Assembly (NCBI RefSeq): GCF_037042905.1
Contig: NC_087250.1
Coordinates: 21,144,001-21,208,000 of the forward strand
Reading direction: 5' to 3'
DNA: 64,000 bases
From: Lytechinus pictus
Taxonomy: Eukaryota
Shown: one piece after another, positions 25,175 to 37,432 of the stretch
Numbering within the stretch: position 1 is the stretch's first letter
Layout: the number at the start of each line of letters is the position of its first letter
Notes under the pieces: model-generated
What the model saw: only the letters and a program-made list of their open reading frames with translations
Told to the model about the DNA's origin: nothing
Database searches by the model: none
Made by a program: the position numbers and the translations under genes

Positions 25175-26932
25175 CAGTGCGTCCCAAAAAAAACTATACA
25201 CTTTTGAAATGGCTGCCAAATAAAAAATATATCACTTTGGGGGAAAACACTTACATATATGGAAGCCTATAAAGTCAACTTTAAAATGACACCAAGAAGT
25301 TGGAAAACTTTTCATGCTTGAGCGAGCACTGCCCACTAAAACAAAGGGTATGAAAATTAGGGTGGGCAGGAATTAGCCTTCCAATTTCTTTCAGTTTTTG
25401 AGATGCGAGTCCCTTGGAACTTGCAAAGTTGAGGATGTTTTGATAAATCAATGATCAAGCATTATCAATTTAGGTTTTTAGAGCAAATTTTAAGAATTAT
25501 TAAATTGAAATTTAATGTATGAGTGAACATGAAATACAATTTTTCACTTTTTAAGTGGATCTCAGCAATGTGTTCATGGAAGTCAGAATAGGGATAGGAC
25601 TTAGGTGGGGGAAGTAGGTTGACGGGATATGGGTCAACATAACACTTAACCCCCCCCCCCCTCTCTCTCTCTACCCCTTTCACCCCTCCTGAGAGACTAG
25701 CCTTTGCTAGGGTGAGCAGGAATTAGCCTTAATTCCATTTTTTTTTTGAGGTGAGTCCTTTGGAACTTGCAAAGTTAAGGGTGTTATGCTAAATTACTGA
25801 TAAATGGAGATCCGTTTTGGTTTCTTAAGCAAATTTCACGAGTTACTAAATTGAAATGTAATGCATGAGTAAACAGGAATTGTAATTTTAGTGTAGCATT
25901 TTTCGTTTATTATGTGGATCTTAGCAAGTGTGCTTGTGAGAGTCAGAGTAATGTGATGGTACCTGTTACATGCAAGGGGTGAGATACGGTAAGACTGGGT
26001 TAAAGGGGCATTCTTCTTTGTGTTCTCTTACAAAGTACATGTCATGTACTCACCCCGCCCTCCACCCCTTTCTTTATCTTGGTTGGTATTTAAAACTTAA
26101 AATGCCAAGTGACTGATGGTTGATGTGTCTTTCTTTTCCATTGAATGATTTATTAAGAACTTGACTAATTATGATAATCTATGAAATCATTTATTGAAAA
26201 AGCTAAATGTTTGATTGATAATTTATTGAAAAAGGTGAATATTTGATTGATGACATTGATTGAGTTTATTTACTAACAGATTGTTGATTGAATGATTGAT
26301 AGATAAAAGTTGATGATCTAATTTTCAGAATTTATTATCAAATTGACAGTCCGCTTTGCACTTACTGCGTACATGTAATAGCAATCAGTCTCAATCTCAA
26401 CAGGAGGGGGGAGGGACGGACCTGTAGGAGGGAGGCTAAACGTTCTGTTGACCCTTTTCCCATCAGCTTACTTCACACACTGAAGTCATTTCTTACCCCT
26501 ATTCTCCTGACTCCAATGAACACACTGCTGAGACCCACACTGTAAGTTAAAATGCTTCACTAAAGATTGCAATTCATGCTCACTCATGCATGGAATTTCA
26601 ATTTGATAATTCATGAAATTTGCTCTAACAATTTAAATTGATAATGAATGACCATCAATTCATCAGAACACCCTCAAGTTTGCAAGTTCCAAGGGACTCG
26701 CCTCTCAAAAACTGAAAGAAACCGAAAGGCTAATTCCTGCCCACCCTAATTTTCATACCCTTTGTTTAAGCGGGTAGTGCTCACTCAAGCATGAATAGTT
26801 TTCCAACATTTTGGTGTCATTTGAAAGATGACTTTATCGGCTTTCCCTATGTATAAGTTTTTCCCCCCAAAGTGATATACTTTTTATTTGGCAGCCATTT
26901 CAAAAGTGTATAGTTTTTTTTGGGACGCACTG
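25175..26932. mobile_element. Tc1/mariner-type non-autonomous element with long TIRs
   Basis: TA|CAGTGCGTCCCAAAA ... TTTTGGGACGCACTG|TA with inverted arms of several hundred bp. Internal direct duplication ~25360-25640 / 25710-25990. Confidence 0.9.
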
Positions 26933-26973
26933 TAGAGTTGAGATAGACTCAGTAGTCAGCACTCAGCATTTGT

Positions 26974-27225
26974 GGAAGAGCCGTGGTGTAGTGGTTCTGA
27001 CTCTCGCCTTGTAAACAGAGGGTCGTGTGTTCGAATCCCACCGCGGTCTAGCGTCATTTGGCAAGGCGTTAATCCACACTTTGCCACTCTTGATCCAGGT
27101 GCTAAATGGGTATACCCGGTAGGATGCGAAAGATATTGTATGTTTGATTTTGCCAGCGCCATAACGAGGAATGCTCCCCAGGGAGTGGAAATTGTGCATC
27201 TAAACATGCACATAAAGCACTTGTA
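26974..27225 (+). mobile_element. tRNA-derived SINE
   Basis: A box TGGTGTAGTGG, B box GTTCGAATCC, body GGCAAGGCGTTAATCCACAC...CCAGGTGCTAAATGGGTA. Confidence 0.85.
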
Positions 27226-27438
27226 ATCATGATTAACATATACCCATCTCACTAACCAAATCTTGCGAGCGCGAAGCGCGAGCTGAAAATTTAGGAAATT
27301 CAGACCTGAAGAGGGGCATTTTAAGGCTTTGTTTGTAGGAATTCACGAAGACTATACGTAGTTCACTAACCAAATGATGCGAGCGCGAAGTGCGAGCTGA
27401 AAATTTTTGATATTCAGATTAGATAGGGGACATTTTAA

Positions 27439-28012
27439 AGGAGAATGAAACTCTTGGAGCAAGTTAGCTTTTGTGAAAGCAGAAAAATCAAAGAATAAGA
27501 TCAACAAAAGTTTGAGTAAAATAGGACTAGCAATAGAAGAGTTATGAGCATTTGAATGTCGAGATCACTAATGCTATGGAGATCCTCCCATTGGCAATGC
27601 GACCAAGATCTATGATGTCACAGATGAACAACTCTCCCCTTTTGGACACTGAAAATATACCCCAAAACATTGCTTTTTGCTCATTCTAATCATATGACAA
27701 ACGATTCATCAATGATAATAATGTTGTGAAACCTCTGTACTTGTCCTCTCATAAAGATAACACCTCACCTTGTGATAGACTCTATAAAAGTGAGAATAGA
27801 AGTGAAATAAGTACTAAAGTAATGAGGGAGTTGTACGTGTGTGACATCACATATTGCCAATGGGAGGATCTACATGGCATTAGTGATCTCAATATTCAAA
27901 TGCTCATAACTTTCTTATTATTCATTCAATCTTCCTCAAACTTTCAACAATATGTTTCTTTGATTTTTCTCTTTGATATGGATTCAGCTGGTTTCAAGGG
28001 TTTCATTCTCCT
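27439..28012. mobile_element. Kolobok-like MITE
   Basis: TTAA|AGGAGAATGAAAC ... GTTTCATTCTCCT|TTAA. Confidence 0.85.
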
Positions 28013-28613
28013 TTAAGGACTAATTCTAGGAATTCATGGAGAGCAGACATATTTCACCAATCCACTACTGCGAACGTAAGCACGGACAAGAAATATTTTA
28101 TATTAAGACCTTCAAATTGGGCAATCACTTTAAGTAGTCATGAAAAAGAAGCATACTATTGTACATAAAACAATAATAACTCGAAGTGCGAGGAAATATA
28201 TTTGACAGTTTGGTGTATATTGACTTGAAAACGGGAGGTTTTAGTATAACAGGATTATATATCTCGGTAAACAGACAATGCGAGCACCAGGAACAATGAA
28301 GACATAGGCCCTGAGCAAATTATGTTTCATAAAGTCAAGAAAAAAATGTTTCTTATGTAATATAACATAACATAATTATGATATAATATAACATTATAAT
28401 GAACAGTAATGTCTTCTTTCCCACTACGTTTCTCTTCTTTTCTCCCTCTTTTTCTCCTTTTCCCCGTTTTTTTATTTTTTTTTTATTTTTTTTTTTTGGG
28501 GGGGGGGGTCAGCCGATGGGGGGGGGGGGGGGGGGGGGGCACGTGGCCCCCCATGCCCCCCGTAGTTACGCCACTGAATCAATGAATGTTCATGATTCAC
28601 CATGTGTTCCTAC

Positions 28614-28715
28614 CTCTCAAATTTTGCGGAGGTACTTGTCTAGGGAGCCAGCTTGCTTTAGCCTCTCCGCTTTTCTTTTTCGATTTTCGCAACCTGAAGA
28701 TTTTTTGCTGGCCAT
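28614..28715 (-). pseudogene. Possible remnant first exon of a hAT transposase
   Basis: ACCATGG start; MASKKSSGCENRKRKAERLKQAGSLDKYLRKI* followed by a GTAGG donor. It resembles the basic SG..RKRK..GSLDK N-termini of hAT/Tip100-like transposases and lies inside the hAT TIRs. Confidence 0.45.
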
Positions 28716-29169
28716 GGTACTTGAGAACTTTGTAGTTGGGCGTGGTCGCCTGGGCGCCATGAGTTGCAGACTGGCGAGTTTGAATTCGCGCCTTGCCCGC
28801 TTTCCAGACCATAATGCGCATGCTCGTAACTTCGAGAATTTCTCGGAAGTCTCTTCGGGACGGAATGTATGAATGCGGAAATAATAACACGAATAGTCTT
28901 GAGGCCTGAACAAGTTCTTGTAATGTGATCGAGGCGGTCTGAATATACGGTTATTATCAATTTCCACTTTCCAAATAACTATGGAGCGCAAGTTATCCCG
29001 ACCTACAACTAGCTACACGGTGGGTCATTGCTTGCTTGTTATTGGTGTTGAACGTGACGAAGTTAACATGTGCTTTGTAACCTATGCAATTATACGTATA
29101 TGGCTTAAAAAGAATGCAACTAGTTTGTATAACTTATACTAGTTGCATTCTTTTTAAGCCATACCCATA

Positions 29170-30236
29170 CACAATTCCAGCGCCCCCTCGTTCTCACATC
29201 AATTTGGCGCCCCCCTCGTTCGAGCATCAATTTGGCGCCCCTAGTTCGAACATTGAATCGGCGCCCCCCGATGTCGAACATAAATTTTGCGCCCCTACGT
29301 CGAACATCAATTCGGCGCAACCCCCCCCCCCCCCCCTACGTCGAACATCTATTTGGCCTCCCTATGTCGAACATCAATTTGGCGCCCCCAGTTCAAATTA
29401 ATAGAAATTCGGCGCCCCCTAGTTCAAACATCAATGTGGTGCCCCTAGTTCGAACATCAATTCGGCGCCCCTACATGTAGGTCGATCATCAATTCGCCCC
29501 CCCCCCCCCGTTCGAACATCAATTCGGCCCCCAGTTCGAACATCATTTTGGCATACCTTCGAACTCAATTTGCCTTCCCTAGTTCGAATATCATTTCGCC
29601 CCCCCTAGCTCGAGTTTCAATTTGGCGCCCCCTAGTTCGAACATCAATTCGGCGCCCCCTAGTTTGAGTATCAATTTGGCGCCCCCCTAGCTCGAACATC
29701 GATCCCCCCCCCCCCAGTTCGAGTATCAATTTGGCGCCCCCAGTTAGAACATCATTTTAACATTCCTTCGAACATCATTTCGGCGCCCTCCTAGTTCGAA
29801 TATCAATTCGGCGCCCCTACATGTAGGTCGATCATCAATTCGGCCCCCCCGTTCGAACATCATTTTGGCATCCATTCGAACTCAATTTGCCTTCCCTAGT
29901 TCGAATATCATTTCGCCCCCCTCGTTCGAACATCAATTTGGCGCCCCAAGTTCGAATTAATAGCAATTCGGCGCCCCCTAGTTCGAATATCAATTCGGCG
30001 CCCCTACATGTAGGTCCAACATCAATTTGGCGCCCCTAGTTCGAATATCATTTCGCCCCCCCCCTAGCTCGAGTATCATTTTGGCGCCCCCTAGTTCCAA
30101 CATCAATTTGGCGCCCCTACGTCGAACATCAATTCCCCCCCCCCCCCCCGTTCGAACATCCATTCGGCCCCCAGTTCGAACATCATTTTGACATTCCTTC
30201 GGACATCATTTCGGCGCCCTTTTGGTTCGAACATCA
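29170..30236. repeat. ~28-bp GC-rich minisatellite
   Basis: Unit approximately TTCGGCGCCCCTAGTTCGAACATCAAT, more than 30 diverged copies. Confidence 0.92.
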
Positions 30237-30237
30237 T

Positions 30238-30930
30238 TTTCTTTCTTCCCTCTTCATCTCTCTCCTTTTCCCCTCTTCCTCTCTCTTCTTTCCCCGCTTT
30301 CTCTTTTTTCTTCCCCCTCCCCCTCCCTTTTTCTTCTCTTCCTTCCCCCTCTTCCTCCTTTTTCTTTCCCCTATTCTCCTTTTTTTCTTTCTTCTCTTCT
30401 TTTTTCTTCTTTTCTTTCCCCTCTCCTTTTTCTTCTCTTCTTTCCTCCCTCTTCCTCTTTCTCCTTTTCCTTTCCCCTCTTCCTCTTTTTTCTTCCCCCT
30501 CTCCCTCCCCCTCCCTTTTCTTTTCTTTTCTTCTCTTCCTCTTTTTTCTCCTTTTCTTTCCTCTTTTTCCTCTCTCTCTTTTTCTTCTCCTTTTCCTTTC
30601 CCTCTCTTTCTTTCACCTTTTCCTCTCCCTTTTCCTTCCCTTCCTTTCCTTCCTTCCCCCTCTTCCCTTTTTCTTCTTTTCTTTCCCCCTTTCCTCTCTC
30701 TTTTTTCTCCTCTTCTTCCTTCCCCCTCTCTTTTCCCCTCTCTCTCTCTTCTCTTCTTTCCTCCTTCTTCCTCCCTTTTTTTTTCTCCTTTTCCTTTCCC
30801 CCTCTCCTCTTTTCTTTTCCCCTTTTCCTCTCTCTTTTTTCTTCCCTTCTTACTCCTCTTCCTTTCTTCTTTTTCTTATTTTCTTTCCCCTCTTCCCCTC
30901 TTTCTTTCCCTCTCTTCTTCTTTTTTTTTG
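30238..30930. repeat. Polypyrimidine (CT-rich) tract
   Basis: Nearly pure C/T. Similar tracts lie at ~50985-51350 and ~52540-53220. Confidence 0.92.
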
Positions 30931-31217
30931 CCGAAGGGGGGGGGGGCAAGGCCCCCTCGGCCCCCCCCCCCCCATGGATCCGCGCCTGTCTGACCCAATG
31001 TATCGTATTTTTTTTTTCTTTTTTTCTTTTGCCTTCAGTGCATATTGTCACGGTTCGGCGTTTCATCATATCGTAATTTCGTTATTGGCCTAACAATGTT
31101 TTTTTTACGAATTTAGTTGCGTTGTAGCGTGAGGGCTTTTTGAATGAAATCAAAGGAAAGCTATTTTTCCTTCAATTTATCAGAAGCAAAATGAAACTGC
31201 ACCCTTCTTACTTCTCG

Positions 31218-32005
31218 TTTTTGTCTCGCCTGCATAACAGAGTGAGACTATAGGCGCCGCTTTTCCGACGGCGGCGGCGTCAACACCAAATCTTAACCGA
31301 AGGTTAAGTTTTTGAAATGACAACATAACTTAGAAAGCATATGGACCTAGTTCATGAAACTTGGCCATAGGGTTGATCAAATATTACTGAACATCCTGCC
31401 TGAATTTCATGTCACATGACCAAGGTCAAAGGTCATTAAGGGTCAATGATCTTAGACCATGTTGGGGGAATCAACATCAAAATCTTAACCTAAGGTTAAG
31501 TTTTGGAAATGTCATCATAACTTGGGAAATATATACACCTAGTTCATGAAACTTAGACATAAGGTTAATCAAGTATCACTGAACATCCTGCACGAGTTAC
31601 ACGTCACATGACTAAGGTCAAAGGTCATTTAGGGTCAATGAACTTTGGCCATAATGGGAGTATCTGTTGAATTACCATCATAACTTTGAACATTTATCGA
31701 TCTGACTCATGAAACTTGGACATAAGAGTAATCAAGAATCACTGAACATCCCGTGCGAGTTTTAGGTCACATAATCAAGGTCAAAGGTCATGTAAGGTCA
31801 ATGAACTTTGGTCATGTTGGGGGTATTTGTTGAATTACCATCATATCTCTGTAAGTGTACTGGTCTCGTTCATAAAACGTGTACATAAGAGTAACCAAGT
31901 ATCACTAAACATCTTGTGCAAGTTATAGTAGTTTTCAAAGTCAGCACTGCTGCTATATTGAATCGTGTGATGCAGGTGAGACCGCCAGAGGCATTCCACT
32001 TGTTT
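31218..32005 (+). mobile_element. Helentron-associated (DINE-1/Tsp/Pearl-like) non-autonomous element
   Basis: Subterminal inverted repeats TCTCGCCTGCA / TGCAGGTGAGA, a (GGC)n microsatellite, central ~160-190-bp tandem units with GGTCAAAGGTCA, and T-rich flanks. Confidence 0.75.
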
Positions 32006-35000
32006 AATAACATTCCTTTCTATCTGGCTGGTTCTTTTGATCCAAAGCTTTACCAGGTTTACCAATGAAAAGAAGAAATAGTAAGATGAGAGAAGTGGAG
32101 AGACAGATACAGATTTGGGGGTGGGGAAAACACATGGAATACTGAGGGGAAAGCTTAGGCACGAACGATTAGGGTTACATGTCTTTCCTTATTTGTATGT
32201 CGTCTGTATAATTATATTTTAATATTTAAATGACAATAAGCATGCATTCCCAGGTTCGGCAGTAACTTTGTAGCTTATGGAAGTCAATAAAATCGTGTTT
32301 TTGCCTGGTAAACCTATTTGGGTTCAACCGAGGGTCTGGTTCGGATTCTATAAAAGTAGAGACCCTGGAACTTTACTGCTGCATCCAATATGGTATTACA
32401 TATAAACACCTGGATGATCATAGGGCCTGGGAAGCGGGATTGCTGTTGGATATTTTGTACACCACAAGCAGAACCCCTGGAAATTAGGTTGGTATGTTAA
32501 ATGTACAGATTTGACACAAATCTTCTTCATTTTTGGACAGAAAAATGTTTATGTAATTATTATTATTGTTGTAATTTTTAAAGACTAAATTTACTTCTGT
32601 GTTGGAATAAATCATTCTTTTTTCTTGTCATCTTTTTCTTCTGAACAAAATCATCTGTCATCGTGGTCATTTGAAGTGAAACCCTTTTTTCTTGGTCTTT
32701 TTAACAAACCTGCACCCCCTATTTCTAAACCTTTCCCCGGGCAGTGTGATCAATCATTTAGTGATTGAAATATGATTGAAATATTACAAAAGAGAACAAT
32801 TACATTTAGCTGGTAGACCAAGCGGCGATTCGATCCAGGAACGTTTTGCTGAGCCGTACGTATGAACGATTCAATACAAATGCAAAGAAAATGGACGACC
32901 CTCGATGACTTTGATGCTGTGCTCATTCATTTTATATATCTTTATTTTTCCACGGCATTTGCCGGCATGCATGCAACCACTAATTTCGGGGAAGGTAAAT
33001 AGTTAATAATTATAACTACAATAATTCCTTTATTTTGCTCGTATCTGTATAGACAGCCACAATAATTTGGTTACTCAGGAAAGATTGAAAAAAATGAATA
33101 AAAGTCAGTAATACTCCCTCAGAAAGTATCTCAAAGGTGTGTATAAATTGATAGGAAGACAAAGCTTAAATTATAGCCAGCTTTATCAAGCTTTCTGTTC
33201 CAAATTAACTTATTATCCATGATATTTGTTAAAGTCTTCTGGGATCACGGGGGTCCTTCGCCATATTTTAAAAGAAAAATTTTTCATATATCTATGATAT
33301 TTTTTCTTCCAGTACCCTATGAAATGTTTCCTTCCACTCATAAACAAAATTTGTCAAAGTAAACAATTTTTAGGTAAATATTTGTCCGATGAATAAAAAC
33401 GGTCTATACCAGTCAAAAATTTTATATATTTAAAACAAGAACAAAGTCGCAATTTTTGATTTTTTTTGGGGGGTCGGATAAATTCTCGATAAAACATAAT
33501 TAATCTCGGCCAATTCTTTTAAAATTGTGATCAATAATTTAATTCTTGAAGGTCCATGGTAATCAAAAGTTGAATAAAAACTTAAAAACGAAAAATTATC
33601 ATCCTCCAGATTTTCCCGGTGTAAAATTATACTGGGCCGGTCGTTGGTGTCATATACTCTCTTTTTAACATCAAATTTGCATTTGATTTCAAAGAGCGTA
33701 TATAAAGTCATAGTAAGGTACAATAAAGGCAATCTCAGACTGTTTAAAATTATAGTTAAATAATATTTTTTCTTAATAACCTTCCACATGTCTGGGTTCC
33801 TTTATTAAAAATCCGTGGGGTACATGTATGCAGTAACACAATATGTCATAAAACATGTCATAAAATGTCATAAAACAAATACAATACTTCAATACATTTT
33901 CGAAGTGAAACAAACACTCCTTAGCAAGTAATTTATACACACAGACTTAAGGCACCAAAATGAAACGAAAATAGTAAGATTGCGACGTATTTGCTAAGTT
34001 TCATACCGCCCGATTTTTGCTTGTATTTTTCTTCTATTTAAAACATGATGATACTCTGTAATTTCAAACTTATCTCTTCATGTTTATTATTGCTTTTGTT
34101 TTTCTTTCGCCAAATATATTTGGTCAAAATCTTGATGATATTTATTTTGTGGTATATTCTTTTATTTGGATCGAAATCACAAAGAGAGTTGTTAATAGTT
34201 TTAAATGGAATTGCGACCCAAAAAGAGAGTTTTTTAACTTTGAGAGAAAAATCAGACATGTCGATACATGAATGTGATGAATTAAAATAGATTTGGACTG
34301 ATGTAATTTAAATCTATTATTTGGCATGCAGGAAGTTGGTCTACATGTCAGAAAGCGTATTATAATATATTCTAAACTCATTTGATAGGATATGAAATCG
34401 GTCTAGTTTGGTCTACAATACACTTCGTCTATTATTGTATCTATTAGATTGAGTGGGTATTTTCTAACATAATAATTAGAAAATAAACCCGTTGTAAAAA
34501 AGGTTATAACAATGAAATATAATTGGACCAAGTTATCGGTATCAAGTGACAAGATGAGACAACCCAGATGGTAGAAAAGGGCATCCTAGATCCATAAAAG
34601 GTAGGGTCCATTTAACCCAATGTTTAGTGAAAATTATAACAAAGTTTTCGAACTCTCGGGTAAAATGGACCCCTTAAATTTCGTGAATTTAGGATGCTTT
34701 TTGCTCAAACGCATTTGGGTATTTGCGACTGCCCGACCCAAAGCGATAATCTGTTGTGATGGCACAAACCGTGTGGACAAGGGAATTGTACAAACAATAG
34801 TGATTGATCCGATCAATCTCATCTCTATCGATTTTTTATTCTTGTGATATTTTAAAATAGGAAATTTGTTCTTAGTAAATACAAATGAGCTCAACGATTT
34901 TTCAAGGCAAGAAATCACGTATGGGGCCACCTGTCTATACTTAAAGCCTTCCTGCAGTGGCCACTAAAACCAGGCATTTTTTCGTCGGTATGTCTATACA

Positions 35001-35009
35001 AGAACCTGT

Positions 35010-36097
35010 CTATAAGGGCAAAGAATCTTCACATGAAAATACTGATAATATTGTACTAAATGTCGTGAAGGAGAAGTTGGGAGTCAATATCGGTATCGGC
35101 GACATCGACCGAAGTCACAGAGTTGGGTCATCCGTAACATCCAACATAGGAATGAGAGTGTCCAGGGTTCGTCGTCTGCTGCTAGTGCTGTTACTGACAC
35201 CTCAACGACATCTTTGAGTTCTTCAACTTCTTCGTCGACGTCATATGCCAGCAAGTTAACACCGTCACCATCTACCTCGAAAAGGGATCGTCTTCATCAT
35301 AGAGCAAGAGTAGTCAAGCTCACCTCGTATCGTGCTCGCCAAACCATTCTCCTTTCTCGACGGAAGCTGAAAGGTACTGGAGTTTCCATCTCAGAAGATC
35401 TAACGGCTGAAAATTATGGAATACTCAAAACAGCACGACAGTCGACAAAGGTCACAGCTTCATGGTCGAGTGATGGTCGAATTTTTGTGGCGTTACCGGC
35501 TTCAAATGGCAAAACTGTCAAGAAACTCGTTAGATTACTAGAGAAAGCGAAGCAACTCTCATCATCTACTAGATCAAAATAGAGATTTGATATGACAAAT
35601 GAAATGCAATTAACTCTGGAAGTTGTTGAATTGAACAGAATATTCCGTATACTTTGATTTTTTTTCTTTGTTATATATATATATATTTTTTTTTTTTTCC
35701 TTCAGTAATGCCAAATGTCTTCTAACTGTAGCTGTGTATTATGTAGCAGGCAATGTAACTTAACTTGTAATTATTGTTTCTTATGTAGGCCTTTGAGAAA
35801 TGAACAAGAATCTGAAACTAGTTTTGATGAAAATTATGGGTACTTTGAAAATTTGATAAATAATAAATATTATACCCCTACGGAATTTGGAAATGCCTTG
35901 AAACAACATGGCTCAATAATGAGGAAGAACATGAATGTATGATTCCAGGTTATACATTTGTAGGCAAACACAGAAATAACAAAAGAGGAGGAGGCGTAGG
36001 CATGTATATAAATGATTATATAAAATATATTAAACGCCCAGACTTGGTCACATTTACTGAAAATATCGAAAGCCTGTTCATTGAAATTCCAAATTTC
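35010..36097 (+). mobile_element. CR1/Crack-type LINE 5' fragment: ORF1 C-terminal half plus an APE endonuclease fragment
   Basis: ENTDNIV..DIDRSHRVG, RRKLKGTGVSISEDLT..SWSSDGRIFV; then IPGYTFVGKHRNNKRGGGVGMYI..RPDL..IESLFIEI at ~35940-36095. Confidence 0.85.
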
Positions 36098-36114
36098 TTG
36101 GTGGAAGCTGAATG

Positions 36115-36730
36115 GTGAGGTGAAGCTCTGTCCTGCAGGAAAATCTGCCCTTGAAAGAGGGAATGTATCTGGAGGTCAGAATCTCTTGATACTGAATGCT
36201 GTCCATGTACTCTGCAGATCTTTGTTGCACCACCAGATCTGATGTAGCCCCAAGATCTGCAGAGAAGATGGGACCATTTACAGCATTAGGTTTTTAACAG
36301 ATTCTGACCTCCAGCTACATTCTTACCTACCTACAAGCATGGACCTGTCCACGGAGGATTAGTCTATTGTTACTGGGGGTGCTGAGCATTGTCACAGCAC
36401 CCCCAGTAACAATAGATAATCCTCCGTGGCCAGGTCCATGCCTACAAGGGCAGATTTTCCAGCAGGATGGAGCTCTTTGTCACACGTCAGCTTCAACCAA
36501 GAAATTTATTCATCACAAGATGATCAAATGTCTTGAAAATAGGACAGCACAGTCTCCAGACATGACTTTATTGAGCATGTATGAAGCAGAATGAGTGAGA
36601 GCACATGGAAACGAAGCCAAATAATGTGAGGGGAGTTGTGGAACACTCGTGAGGCCAACAAACTGGTACGACCCCCTCCCAAGACAAGGCCAAAATAAGG
36701 CACAGCAGATACTAAAGTGTTGATTCCTGG
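36115..36730. pseudogene. Rearranged Tc1 transposase fragments in both orientations
   Basis: Plus strand: IFQQDGALCHTS..QSPDM. Minus strand at ~36120-36270: MDSIQYQEILT and IFLQDRAS. Confidence 0.75.
36338..36440. mobile_element. 103-bp hairpin MITE, hAT-like
   Basis: Almost fully self-complementary (CATGGACCTG...CAGGTCCATG). Exact 8-bp TSD CCTACAAG. Confidence 0.9.
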
Positions 36731-36846
36731 TGTTGCAGTTAGTATGATGTTGCAAACTGGTACGACCCCCTCCCAAGACAAGGCCAAAATAAGGCACAGC
36801 AGATACTAAAGTGTTGATTCCTGGTGTTGCAGTTAGTATGATGTTG
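36660..36846. repeat. Near-perfect ~95-bp tandem duplication
   Basis: AAACTGGTACGACCCCCTCCC...GCAGTTAGTATGATGTTG occurs twice. Confidence 0.92.
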
Positions 36847-36943
36847 ATGTGATGTCAGAAGCAATGTTTGTTGATTCAGTCTGAATGATTTGTAAATTGC
36901 GACATGACTTTTGTCCAGCTGAAAAAAAGGCCTACTTGACATT

Positions 36944-37432
36944 ATTCAATTCAATTCAAATAAAACATTTATTTTCTTCTATTTCATCACATAGTTTTCT
37001 TGTAACATACATACATAAATACATAAATCAATTTGTTATGAAAAATATAAATATATACATGTTGGGTTTAAGGAAGAAGGCGTATACCCTAAAAGCTGAG
37101 GCTTGTGGCGGGATACGCCTATAGACATAAATACAATACAATCAACAATACAAAGGAAAGGGCAGAGAAAAGAAGAAAAGGAAAGGGAACAAGAGAGGGA
37201 GACGTGAGCGGGGAGGCGGGCATGAAAATAGAATGCTCAACAAAATATCAGTGGGGGGCAAAATATAAATGCCGCAACCACAATTGTCCATGGTTCATGT
37301 TATCATGTTTAAAGTCAAAAGGAAACGTAAGATGAGAAATATTTATATATAAAACGACAGAAGCAATTTTTTTCATTTTATACTTAAAGCTGGTTGTCGA
37401 TAGAGATTTTTTTATGTAATCCGGAATTTCAA
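36944..37432 (-). mobile_element. L2/Crack-type LINE 3' end
   Basis: Minus-strand (TTGAA)n tail, 3' stem-loop AGGCGTAT...ATACGCCT, ORF end EIPDYIKKSLSTTSFK. Confidence 0.7.

Larger units (their letters stand above)
24499..30988. mobile_element. 6.5-kb non-autonomous hAT-like element with nested insertions
   Basis: TIR CAGGCGCGGATCCA / TGGATCCGCGCCTG. Exact 8-bp TSD TCTGACCC (24491-98 and 30989-96). Confidence 0.88.

Noticed and set aside
30188..31093. Long ORFs of 230-300 aa
   Set aside because: They are artefacts of a CT-only tract that cannot encode stop codons.
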